NCBI GenBank assembly: GCA_017541305.1
Contig: JAFXZJ010000055.1
Span: 25,778 to 89,777 of the forward strand
Reading direction: 5' to 3'
DNA from: Clostridia bacterium
Lineage (GTDB): Bacteria; Bacillota; Clostridia; Christensenellales; CAG-138
DNA: 64,000 bases
Shown here: piece after piece, positions 36,761 to 45,388 of the stretch
Layout: each line of letters starts with the position of its first letter
Numbering within the stretch: the first letter of the stretch is position 1
Program-made: the position numbers and the translations under genes
The notes under the pieces: generated by a model
The model's input: the letters and a program-made list of their open reading frames with translations, nothing else
The model's database searches: none
What the model was told of the DNA's origin: nothing

Positions 36761-39196
36761 CTAATCTCCAACCTTATTATCTAACCTGACCCACATTGCA
36801 GGACGAATAGCAGCATAACCATAACCGTTATTGCCCGAAACTGAGCAATGAGGGCTAATCCAACCTTCATCCGTGACTTTTGTTGCTTTTGTTGGATCTT
36901 CACCCGGTGTTCTCAGCCACCATCCGATCCTTGCATCGTTAGCTTTTCCGCCAACCCATTTGGCCTTGCCATTTACGATTTTATATGGAGAAACATATGA
37001 GTTATAAGCTTCTGCCTCCGATATTGTATAATATGTTGGGGCACATAATCTTTCAGTTTCTGACCGATAATACTTCTCAACATCCAAGACGCTAAGAAGA
37101 AACACCTTGTCGGTTGTGCCTTTACCTGGGGTAGAACTATACTTAGGGTTTTTATCAGCAGAAACCTTAGATGCTACAATACGGCTACGTTCTTCCGAAG
37201 TAAATGCGGTGATATAGAAAGAATTATTCAGCCATTTTCTCAATGAGCAAGTTTCCCATGTAACGCTCGTGACACAAAAGTTATACTGCTTATAGTCTAA
37301 TGCATATTTGCTGATGAGTAGCATACAATCATTCTCTACTGCGTACACCTGCCACTCGATAGGTTCGGAAGGGCTCCCTTTTTTTTGAATGTATCTACCA
37401 AACATATACGAAATAGGCGGAGCTTCTGGAAAAAGCTCTTTCACTGCAAGAGCAACATCTCGCCTTTTTTTATAAATATCAAGTGCTTCATTATAGCTAT
37501 ATGCGCTTGTAGTATTGTTGTGATTTGTCTCAGATAGAGTTTCAAGTTTTTTCGCAAACGCGGTTGCTTTTTCAAGATCATGCTCGATTTCTTCTCTTGA
37601 TGCATAGCCTTGAAGTTTTGTTTCTAACTGGTTAAGTCGTGAACGAACGGAATCCTTCTTCCTCTCATAATCAGAAAGCAGATAATCTATTTGTTTCTTC
37701 TCTTTACCAGCAAAAATGCCGAGTTTTGATTTCTGCGCTGTAAGCTCTGTCTGCTTAGATGAGTAGTCGCGAATCTCATTATTCATCAGCCCAATCTGTT
37801 CCTTAATATCATCAAAACAGATTAGTATTCCTTTAATGAATTCTATTCTTTTATTCGCAGACGAAATGCGTTCCTTGAGAGTAGGCGCACTAGGATTTGC
37901 TCTCATGAGTGCATCAGCAACTAGCTCAACTATGTTGTTCTCTTTAAACGCCTCTTCATCTTTAATGCGTTCATTTATCACATCAATATAGTTGCTTAGT
38001 TCTGATACAATGCTTGGTTCACCAAAACGTGCTATTTTTAAATAATTATAGTTTCCTTCAAACGGTCTCTTGCATCCTGCAAGTTCTGTTTGATGGGATA
38101 CTCTCAACTCGGCCATCAGTTTCACGAGATAAGCTCTAGCATTCTCCGGTTCATAGTCAAGAACCTTTTCAGCATACTCGTCTGCGTTCTTCCATTCCCC
38201 GTCTTCGAGATACAGAAACGCACGGTTCAAAAGCGCAGAAGTATTTGCACCAGGCGAACTTTGGACAAACGAATGCACAGGAGCTATTTCTTTCGTATCT
38301 TCCTTTGGCAGCAGTTTCTTTATTGCACGAATAAGATCCTGATCTGCGCCGACCTTGCCCATATCCTGAGATTGGAGTTTCGAAAACTCTTTGGGCATAT
38401 CATATGCGTCGATATCCTTGAAGCAAGGAATGAGCCGTTTCGTCTTGTCCTTTTCCATGAGCTTGAGGAAGCGGCTCCATTCGTTCTTGACCCAGACCGC
38501 ATTGAAATACTCATAATCAGTTCCAAATACAAGCATGATCTTTGCGCTGTTGAGCGCAGCAAAAACATAAGGCTCATACTCCTGCCCGAGCTTGTCCTCC
38601 AGCGTTATCCTTGAGAAAAACACACGATAGCCGGCATCGTTCAGCTTATCGTAGATATCTTGCGCAAGCACTGAGTCTATGGTGCGCTGCCCGACCTCTG
38701 CCGTTTCCTTATAGCAGATGAAAATATCATAGGGCTCTTCTTTACCCGAAACTTCAATTATGCTTTTACGCAGTTCCTCTATCCGCTTGGCTTCCTCCCG
38801 ATAGACCTTACGGGAAAGAGCGTCGGAATTCTCCATGACTTGTTCAAAATCCTTGTCGTCCATCACGCTGTCAAAGCTCGAGCGGTGACAGGTCGGGATC
38901 TTTTTTCCTGTGGCAGGATCATCCACATACTCTATACCGTAGCGGCAAAGCACGAGACCCCAGTAGGCCTCTGCTTCCTCGGGAAAGTCCGCAACGACGG
39001 ACTCAAAAACACCGGCGGCCTTGTCGAACTCGCACGCCGCACGCAGCCTGTTCGCCCTCGCAAACAGCGTCATTTTTTTGTCATTATCAGCTGTGGGAAC
39101 TGTCTGAACGCTGCCGCAGTATTCGCATTCCGCTACTGTTGAGCCTTCCGTCAGGATCAGATCGCCTCCGCACATTTTGCATTTGATAATCGCCAT
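36761..39196 (-). CDS. Zinc-ribbon-TPR-TIR protein with long coiled-coil and C-terminal DUF6273-like domain (TIR paralog 3)
   Basis: Same N-terminus and TIR core as paralogs 1 and 2. C-terminal motifs IEWQVYAVEN...LRKWLNNSFY...KVFLLSVLDVEKYY...GWWLRTPGEDP...AIRPAMWVRLD. Confidence 0.8.
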   Translation of the reverse strand: MAIIKCKMCGGDLILTEGSTVAECEYCGSVQTVPTADNDKKMTLFARANRLRAACEFDKAAGVFESVVADFPEEAEAYWGLVLCRYGIEYVDDPATGKKIPTCHRSSFDSVMDDKDFEQVMENSDALSRKVYREEAKRIEELRKSIIEVSGKEEPYDIFICYKETAEVGQRTIDSVLAQDIYDKLNDAGYRVFFSRITLEDKLGQEYEPYVFAALNSAKIMLVFGTDYEYFNAVWVKNEWSRFLKLMEKDKTKRLIPCFKDIDAYDMPKEFSKLQSQDMGKVGADQDLIRAIKKLLPKEDTKEIAPVHSFVQSSPGANTSALLNRAFLYLEDGEWKNADEYAEKVLDYEPENARAYLVKLMAELRVSHQTELAGCKRPFEGNYNYLKIARFGEPSIVSELSNYIDVINERIKDEEAFKENNIVELVADALMRANPSAPTLKERISSANKRIEFIKGILICFDDIKEQIGLMNNEIRDYSSKQTELTAQKSKLGIFAGKEKKQIDYLLSDYERKKDSVRSRLNQLETKLQGYASREEIEHDLEKATAFAKKLETLSETNHNNTTSAYSYNEALDIYKKRRDVALAVKELFPEAPPISYMFGRYIQKKGSPSEPIEWQVYAVENDCMLLISKYALDYKQYNFCVTSVTWETCSLRKWLNNSFYITAFTSEERSRIVASKVSADKNPKYSSTPGKGTTDKVFLLSVLDVEKYYRSETERLCAPTYYTISEAEAYNSYVSPYKIVNGKAKWVGGKANDARIGWWLRTPGEDPTKATKVTDEGWISPHCSVSGNNGYGYAAIRPAMWVRLDNKVGD

Positions 39197-39217
39197 ATGA
39201 GCCTCCTATATGAACGT

Positions 39218-39409
39218 TTATTTTTCCGTTATCTCCATATGACGGAGCGCGAACTCCAACCCTAACAAAATGATCTCGTTTCGCGTGCGCCCGGTATCCT
39301 GCGCGACCTTATCGACGTCGTGCAGCATATCCTTTGGCATACGAACCGAGATCACCTGTGATTCCTCCGTGTATCTTTTCGGAGTTATTATCAGCTTCTG
39401 CTCTGTCAT
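39218..39409 (-). CDS. Ribbon-helix-helix (CopG/antitoxin-like) DNA-binding protein, 64 aa
   Basis: MTEQKLIITPKRYTEESQVISVRMPKDMLHDVDKVAQDTGRTRNEIILLGLEF. GGAGGT RBS precedes the ATG. Confidence 0.55.
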   Translation of the reverse strand: MTEQKLIITPKRYTEESQVISVRMPKDMLHDVDKVAQDTGRTRNEIILLGLEFALRHMEITEK

Positions 39410-39821
39410 GCAGTACCTCCGTGTCCTTGTTCCATTGTAACACAATTGTATTCTGTTTGCAATACCCAATTATATTTAATTTCGATTAATAGTCATTTTC
39501 CATCTCCGCTATGCAAGTATAAGGGCCACAGAGATCTACACTACTCTAAAAAACGCCCCGAAGCGTAGCTGCCAAAATCGATTTGCCTGAAAGTTGTGTT
39601 GAAATCTTCGATTCGCCTCATTACGGCATTAAATCGGTGTAATAGTGTGCAGCAGTCTACTTCTGCCTCGTCAACCCAAGATCATACTGCTGATAATCCG
39701 GCAGCTCATATTCCATACGGATATCGAACTGCGCGTGGTGCTTACTCTTCACCGGGGGATCGGGATTTGTCAGCGCACCCTTGCCGACTCAGTTGAACAA
39801 AAGTGTCATGCTATGTTGACG

Positions 39822-40166
39822 TCATTGCTTCTCAATAAAATCCGATAGTATCTTCAGCAGTTCGGGGACGTCGTTTTTGACGGTGTCATAAATGATGGTG
39901 AGATCAACACTGCCGTATTCGTGGACGATCCTGTTGCGCAGACCCTTGACCGCCCTCCACGGGATCTCCGTGTTCTGTGCTTTGAAATCCTCGGAAAGCT
40001 TGTCCGCGCTTTCCGAGACCTGAATAAGCCTGAACATGGCGGAGTCGGCCAAAACTTCGTCTTTTTCAAGCTCCTCTTTCGTAATACGCGCGGTGTGAGC
40101 GACGATGAAGCCAAGATCGTTAATGATCCGATTCACATAGTAGCGGTCATTTTTGACATTATCCAT
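39822..40166 (-). CDS. hepT: HepT-like (DUF86) RNase toxin
   Basis: RNRIVHEY motif (Rx4HxY). Overlaps the upstream mntA by 8 nt. Confidence 0.8.
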   Translation of the reverse strand: MDNVKNDRYYVNRIINDLGFIVAHTARITKEELEKDEVLADSAMFRLIQVSESADKLSEDFKAQNTEIPWRAVKGLRNRIVHEYGSVDLTIIYDTVKNDVPELLKILSDFIEKQ

Positions 40167-40629
40167 AGATCTTTATACCATCCTTCAATACTTCATTTAC
40201 AAGATCGGGGTTTTCGGCAAGCTGCGAATAAGAAAGCACATCCACCTTCTTCTTCAAGCCTTCTCGAAGAGCTTCCACGAGATCGTAGAACCGGATCCCG
40301 GAAACCTTTGTCGAGAGAAGCAGATCGACGTCGCTCTCTTCACCGGCTTTGCCTTTCGCATAAGAGCCGAAAAGATAGCAGTATTCGACTTCATAAGCCG
40401 GAAGTATCTCGGCGCATTTTTGAGTGATGGCCTCAATACTCAATACTCCATGGCTTTCGTCCATATACCCGTACTGCTCGAGCTTTTGGAAAATGTAAAG
40501 GTACTTGAAGGATGTGCGCTTCCTCTCATCGTTCTCGTAGTTTTGATATGTTCGCAAGGGCATTCCGAGGAAAGCAGCGCTTTCCGCCTGCGTCAACCCC
40601 TTGCTTTTTCTTAGTTCTTTTAGTGTCAT
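40159..40629 (-). CDS. mntA: MntA-like nucleotidyltransferase antitoxin with N-terminal XRE HTH
   Basis: HTH LKELRKSKGLTQAESAAFLG. NTase motif LFGSYAKGKAGEESDVDLLL. AGGTGA RBS before ATG at 40629. Confidence 0.8.
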   Translation of the reverse strand: MTLKELRKSKGLTQAESAAFLGMPLRTYQNYENDERKRTSFKYLYIFQKLEQYGYMDESHGVLSIEAITQKCAEILPAYEVEYCYLFGSYAKGKAGEESDVDLLLSTKVSGIRFYDLVEALREGLKKKVDVLSYSQLAENPDLVNEVLKDGIKIYG

Positions 40630-40906
40630 AGCATTCACCTCGGTATGATTATAGCATACTTGCGTCCGCTTCGCAAGCAACAATACGCAACAATTGCGCA
40701 TTATATGCAACAATTACACGCAATTGCTGCGTTTAATGTTGCATATTCGTGCGCAAAGGCTGCGTATATCGGCTGATTTAGCCTCACAGATTAGTTTTGC
40801 ATTATGCAGCCAAACGTATCCCCGTTGCTCCGCAAGAGCTCACATTTTTCATTCCCGTATCGCCATTTGGAATCAATTGCTAGCTAACGAAAGGATTCCC
40901 CGAGTT

Positions 40907-41046
40907 GTTTGGTTGCCCCATAGATTTACACTACTCTCAAACCTTCCCGGCGTACACCGCGACGTCCGCCGGTTTGAGTACCCCATAGATTTACACTACT
41001 CTCAAACTGATGCTGATAGTTATAGTATCGCCGAACTGTTTGAGTA
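40907..41046 (+). CRISPR. CRISPR-like remnant: two 36-nt repeats, 29- and 30-nt spacers, truncated third repeat; type II-like repeat termini
   Basis: GTTTGGTTGCCCCATAGATTTACACTACTCTCAAAC at 40907-40942 and GTTTGAGTACCCCATAGATTTACACTACTCTCAAAC at 40972-41007. Termini GTTTGAG/CTCAAAC are reverse-complementary. A partial repeat GTTTGAGTA at 41038 runs into the recombinase fragment. No cas genes in the window. Confidence 0.45.
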
Positions 41047-41234
41047 TCAAAGAGCTGACGCCCGAGCTTGTGAATACTCTCATCCGCCGAATCGAAATCC
41101 ATGAACCACAGCTAATCGACGGTCAGCGAACTGTAAACGTTGACATTTTCTTCACCGGCATCGGAATGTTCTCAGTACCCGATTCGGAAGAGCTGTCCGC
41201 TTTGATCGCCGAATTTTCCAAACATTCAGCATAA
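41044..41234 (+). pseudogene. 3' fragment of a large serine recombinase gene (last ~62 codons) plus conserved downstream hairpin
   Basis: [20 protein letters not shown]...[27 protein letters not shown] is about 85% identical to the C-terminus of 53342..55009. The next 60 bp (hairpin GGTGCAGGC..GCCTGCACC plus ACCCTCAAAAG) match 55010-55070. Confidence 0.65.
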
Positions 41235-41437
41235 AAAAACGGTGCAGGCCTTGAAAGCCTGCACCACCCCTCAAAAGGGATCCTTATACGGAACGTACCG
41301 TAAGACGGTTTTTCTCATTCTCTGTTCCTCCGGGGCGGATAGGTCTAATTTGACAGCGACGTTATTATACTATGCCCCAACCGCTGCTGTCAACAGGAAG
41401 AGAAAGCGCCGACCGTGTCAAGTTCTTCTGGGAGAAA

Positions 41438-42877
41438 TCAAACGACGGAATCGAGAGGCATGAGCTTCGCGTAAGCCTTGAGGATGGCGGTAGTGCCGGT
41501 GAGCTTGCCGTAGGACAGGCCAGCGGGAGCATGCTCGTTCTCGAATACGCTCCAATCGTGATATCCGCCGAAAGCCTCGTTGATCTGCTTTTCGGCGTAT
41601 TTGCTGTATATCTCAAGCCCGTTTTTAAGGGCATTGTGATCCTTAGTGCGTTCCTTTCGGCTCCTTGAAACGCGGATGTGATCCGGGGTGACCTTGCCGC
41701 CGTTTTCGGTGAAGATGCGGAGCATTGCCATCTTGCCAAGACCCTCCCTTGTCCATGCGAGAGGATTCCTTGAAAGGCGCTCCGAAAGCAGATGACTGAC
41801 GAGGGGTTCTGTGCAGCTTCCGGGATGATCGCCGGTAAGGCGTTCTACTATCGAATCCCAGTTATTTTGGAAGTAGTTGACAAGCTCGGAGAGCGCTTTC
41901 TCCCCCTTCTCGTCCTGCTTCTCGCCTATCGAAGCACAGAAGCGGACGAATGAATCGAAGTCATTCTCTCTTACAGCCTTCTTGATAACTCCGGCATAGG
42001 AGGAGGCTCCCTTGAGCATGAACAGCTTTTTGAAGTATTTCTCCAAATGGAAGCCATCCATCACGAATACGGCGTTCGGCATCAGCGTTCCGAGATTCGT
42101 GATCCAGTTCCCGCCGTCGGCGTGGATATAAACGTTCTTTACTTTGTCCATGTCATATCGCTCGTATATGGCGGCAGTAACGTTCTCAATAAAAGCTCCG
42201 TTATCCATCCCGAAGCCCTGAAAATGCACCGGGTTTATCGTTTTGTGCCTCTTTGGGTCCGAGGTATCCATACCCTCGGTAACGGTAACAAGAGGCACGA
42301 AAGCGCTTTTCCTCGGACGCAGATGAACGTGATCCTCATCGGCAAATACGTGAAGCTCGGAGGGAGTGTGCTTCGCTCTCTCCATTGCCGTTACAGGCGC
42401 TTTCATGGACAGAAGCTTGTTGTTTACAGTCTGACGGCTGACAAGACCTCCGGCAACATTTGCAGACTTCTGCATGGACATGGATGCGGCATACTGCACG
42501 AGCTCAGCGCAGAGCTCCTTTGACAGCCTCTCGTTCGGCTCTATCCCGATAAGGTGATCTACAAGATAGATGTTCCTTCCGTCTTTAAAGGAGAAATACG
42601 TCCGCTTGAAACGAAGCTCTCCCAATGCGGTCGTAAACACACGGGGAACATTCCGTTCTTTCACAGTCAGCCCGTCGAGCTTTCTCTCCTTCTTTGCGGC
42701 AAGAACAGCGTTATCTATTTCGCCTATAGCGGCGGATACAATCTCCAACGTGCCGGACTTCACGACCGAAGATAGCTTCTCAACGATCTTTGCCAGGTCA
42801 GACAGACCGACTTTTTCGATCGTTTTTAAAATTTCCTCTACCAATCCACAGGCTGTTTGTGTTATAATGTCTTTCAC
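41438..42877 (-). CDS. DDE transposase-like protein (ISLre2/UPF0236-family-like), 479 aa
   Basis: Family assignment is from memory. Acidic residues appear in IHADGGNWI...VFVMDGFHLEKY contexts. No clear terminal inverted repeats found by eye. Confidence 0.5.
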   Translation of the reverse strand: MKDIITQTACGLVEEILKTIEKVGLSDLAKIVEKLSSVVKSGTLEIVSAAIGEIDNAVLAAKKERKLDGLTVKERNVPRVFTTALGELRFKRTYFSFKDGRNIYLVDHLIGIEPNERLSKELCAELVQYAASMSMQKSANVAGGLVSRQTVNNKLLSMKAPVTAMERAKHTPSELHVFADEDHVHLRPRKSAFVPLVTVTEGMDTSDPKRHKTINPVHFQGFGMDNGAFIENVTAAIYERYDMDKVKNVYIHADGGNWITNLGTLMPNAVFVMDGFHLEKYFKKLFMLKGASSYAGVIKKAVRENDFDSFVRFCASIGEKQDEKGEKALSELVNYFQNNWDSIVERLTGDHPGSCTEPLVSHLLSERLSRNPLAWTREGLGKMAMLRIFTENGGKVTPDHIRVSRSRKERTKDHNALKNGLEIYSKYAEKQINEAFGGYHDWSVFENEHAPAGLSYGKLTGTTAILKAYAKLMPLDSVV

Positions 42878-43159
42878 GGGGCGCGCCTCACTTTCGTAAT
42901 GTTTGTAGGGTAAACAAATAATATCACGAAAGGTGCGTTCCCGTATTTCTTTTTTCTAAAACGAAACCACGTCTGTTTTCCGCTCCGCCCCCGCGGGGGC
43001 GGAGGCCCCGCCTCCCGGCGGGAAGGGTTTCGTTCTTTCTCCCAGATTTATTTTACACTAACGAAAGCGCCGCCGGCGGCTGTTATTCCCCGTTTTTCTT
43101 GAAAAAGAAGAACGTTTATGATACATTCAGATCGATCGTCGGTCTTTGCGGAGGTTATT

Positions 43160-43882
43160 ATGAAAAAGCTTTTTTATGCGATCATCGCGCTGCTTCTTGT
43201 ATGCGCAATGCTTTGGGGCTGTGCTCCGAAAAATGATGCCAAAGGCGGTACCGGGCCGCAGGAGGACGAGTATGCTTTCAACGTCGAAAACCAGGCGTAC
43301 TGGCGTGAAAGGCTTCAGTACTACCGCAAGGACGACGGCGTTCGCCAGATCATGCTCGTTCGGTGCACGGAGGGCAGCAATGCGACCGTTCAGTTTTATA
43401 CCAAGCTTACCAATCAGAACAACGCATGGACGCTCCTGTTTGAAACGGACGCCTATATCGGCAAGAACGGAGCCGGCAAAACTCAGGAGGGAGACGCCAA
43501 AACGCCCTACGGGGATTTCGGCGTTTTAAGCGCGTTCGGGATCCTGTACGATCCCGGAACGAAGCTCGATTATATCAACGTGACCGAGACCACCTATGCC
43601 TGCGATGAGGAGTGCGAATATTACAATCGGATCATCGACACCCGGGAGACCGGCCATGACTGCAGCGGCGAGGAGATGTTCATCTATTCGCCCGAATACA
43701 ATTACGGCATCGCGCTTGATTATAATCCGGCGTGCGAATGGCCTCTCGGCTCTTCCATCTTCCTCCATTGCAAGGGCGCAAAGGTCTTCACCGGGGGCTG
43801 CATCGCCATCGATGAAGAGCTGATGAAGCTCGTTCTTATGAACGCCGAGCCCGGCATGCGCGTCATTATTCATGAAGAATGA
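43160..43882 (+). CDS. Lipoprotein with L,D-transpeptidase (YkuD)-like catalytic motif
   Basis: Signal peptide plus lipobox LWGCAPKND. C-terminal FLHCKGAKVFTGGCIAID resembles the LDT H...G..C active site. GGAGG RBS before ATG at 43160. Confidence 0.5.
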   Translation: MKKLFYAIIALLLVCAMLWGCAPKNDAKGGTGPQEDEYAFNVENQAYWRERLQYYRKDDGVRQIMLVRCTEGSNATVQFYTKLTNQNNAWTLLFETDAYIGKNGAGKTQEGDAKTPYGDFGVLSAFGILYDPGTKLDYINVTETTYACDEECEYYNRIIDTRETGHDCSGEEMFIYSPEYNYGIALDYNPACEWPLGSSIFLHCKGAKVFTGGCIAIDEELMKLVLMNAEPGMRVIIHEE

Positions 43883-43914
43883 GCAATAAATACTGCATTA
43901 TTGGAGAAACAAGT

Positions 43915-45312
43915 ATGAAAAGGCTGCTTTTCTCGATCATCGCGCTGCTCCTTGCGTGCTGCATGCTTTGGGGCTGCGCTCCGAAGAACGACGTCCCGGA
44001 CGCCACCGAGCCGCCGGAGCCCGCGAGCACCGACGCCGCTCAGCCGACCGAGGCTGCAGGCACGGACGTTCCCGGGACCGAAGCGCCGGAGGCTGTAACG
44101 GCAGGCATGGCGTATGAAGGTGTAAGCAATTACTGCCGGTACGTGTACGGCTGGGGAACGGGCAGAGAAGGCACCGAAAACTGCTCGCTGATGATGGGCG
44201 AAGAGACGGAAACGGAATACCTGGTGCTGTTCCGCAGCTATACCGATACTTTTGTTGATTTCTACGTCGATAAAACGAGCGGCTCCACGAGGATGGTGGA
44301 GCGCATACCGTCGCTCAATATCGAGGAAGAAGCGGGAACGTTCGATCTGTTCGATTATCTTGGGGAAAATGCTCCTACGCCCGTTCCGGAAGAGCCGACG
44401 GCGGAGCCTGAACGCTTCGTTTTCCGGCCGAAGGTCTGCTCCGTGTATCTTGAGGAGATATTCGGCGAGACCATGTGCGAGACCTGGTTCAACCTTGTGG
44501 ATGCGGTCATGGCGGGCGAAAACACCTTTGCCTGCCCCGATAAGCACACCTACGATTGGGTCATGGGACAGTTCCCGAATAAGTGCTTCCCGGTGTTCGT
44601 GGAGCTCATCGACTTTGCGTATGACCGGAACGATCCGGTCAAAGACGGCGTCGGGAGCTTTACCTGGCTCGTTTCCCCCGAGGAAGCCGCGGCGAGGATC
44701 GCGGAGTTCGCGGAGCAGATCGAAGGCATCCTAAACGAGGTGCTCGAACCCGATTGGTCGGACGTTGAAAAAGCGCTTGCGCTGTACGTTTACTTCTCGA
44801 GGACCTATGAATACGATTGGGATACGTACCATGTGGATATGGAAAATCAGGTGGATTATACCACGACCTTACGCCTCTTCGAAACGGGGACGGGCATCTG
44901 CCGCGAGATCGCTCCGGCGTATTCCTACCTTTTGATGCAGGCCGGCGTCGACGCCGCCACTGTCAAGGGCAGCTTGCATGAATGGAGCTATGTCCGCATA
45001 AACGGCCGCAATTACCATATCGACCCGACATACGTGCTCAGCGAGATGGATAAGCTGATCTATTTTATGATGACGGACGATCAGCGCGACGCGACCGGCT
45101 GCAGTAAGGATAATTTTATCTACGTCTCCAACTATGCGCAGGATCATCCTCATCCTGACTACAAGGCGGACGACGACTTTTTCGCGCCGGTATGGGATTA
45201 CCGCTTTGAAAAGCTTTTCCCGGACGAGAACAGGATCCGCTGCTGGCGGTATGCCGAAGGCGATGCGCAGGAGCATTTCGAATTCGATTATTCCGGTTTT
45301 GATCAGCAATAA
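43915..45312 (+). CDS. Transglutaminase-like cysteine protease domain lipoprotein
   Basis: Signal peptide and lipobox identical to the neighbour (LWGCAPKND). GTGICREIAPAYSYLLMQAGVDAATVKGSLHEWSYVRINGRNYHIDPTY forms a Cys-His-Asp core. Confidence 0.65.
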   Translation: MKRLLFSIIALLLACCMLWGCAPKNDVPDATEPPEPASTDAAQPTEAAGTDVPGTEAPEAVTAGMAYEGVSNYCRYVYGWGTGREGTENCSLMMGEETETEYLVLFRSYTDTFVDFYVDKTSGSTRMVERIPSLNIEEEAGTFDLFDYLGENAPTPVPEEPTAEPERFVFRPKVCSVYLEEIFGETMCETWFNLVDAVMAGENTFACPDKHTYDWVMGQFPNKCFPVFVELIDFAYDRNDPVKDGVGSFTWLVSPEEAAARIAEFAEQIEGILNEVLEPDWSDVEKALALYVYFSRTYEYDWDTYHVDMENQVDYTTTLRLFETGTGICREIAPAYSYLLMQAGVDAATVKGSLHEWSYVRINGRNYHIDPTYVLSEMDKLIYFMMTDDQRDATGCSKDNFIYVSNYAQDHPHPDYKADDDFFAPVWDYRFEKLFPDENRIRCWRYAEGDAQEHFEFDYSGFDQQ

Positions 45313-45388
45313 AGCGGTGCATACGGCAGAATAATAAGACCGGAGCCGATCCGGGTAAACAAACGGTAACGGAAAAGGAGAAAGCAGG

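Noticed and set aside
40907-41007. Alternative reading of the 36-nt repeats as an att site or integron attC rather than CRISPR
   Set aside because: The unrelated 29- and 30-nt spacers, the 36-nt period and the complementary repeat termini fit CRISPR better. The alternative is not excluded, hence the moderate confidence.
41300-43000. Terminal inverted repeats for the ISLre2-like transposase
   Set aside because: I could not identify convincing IRs by eye on either side, so IS boundaries are not called.
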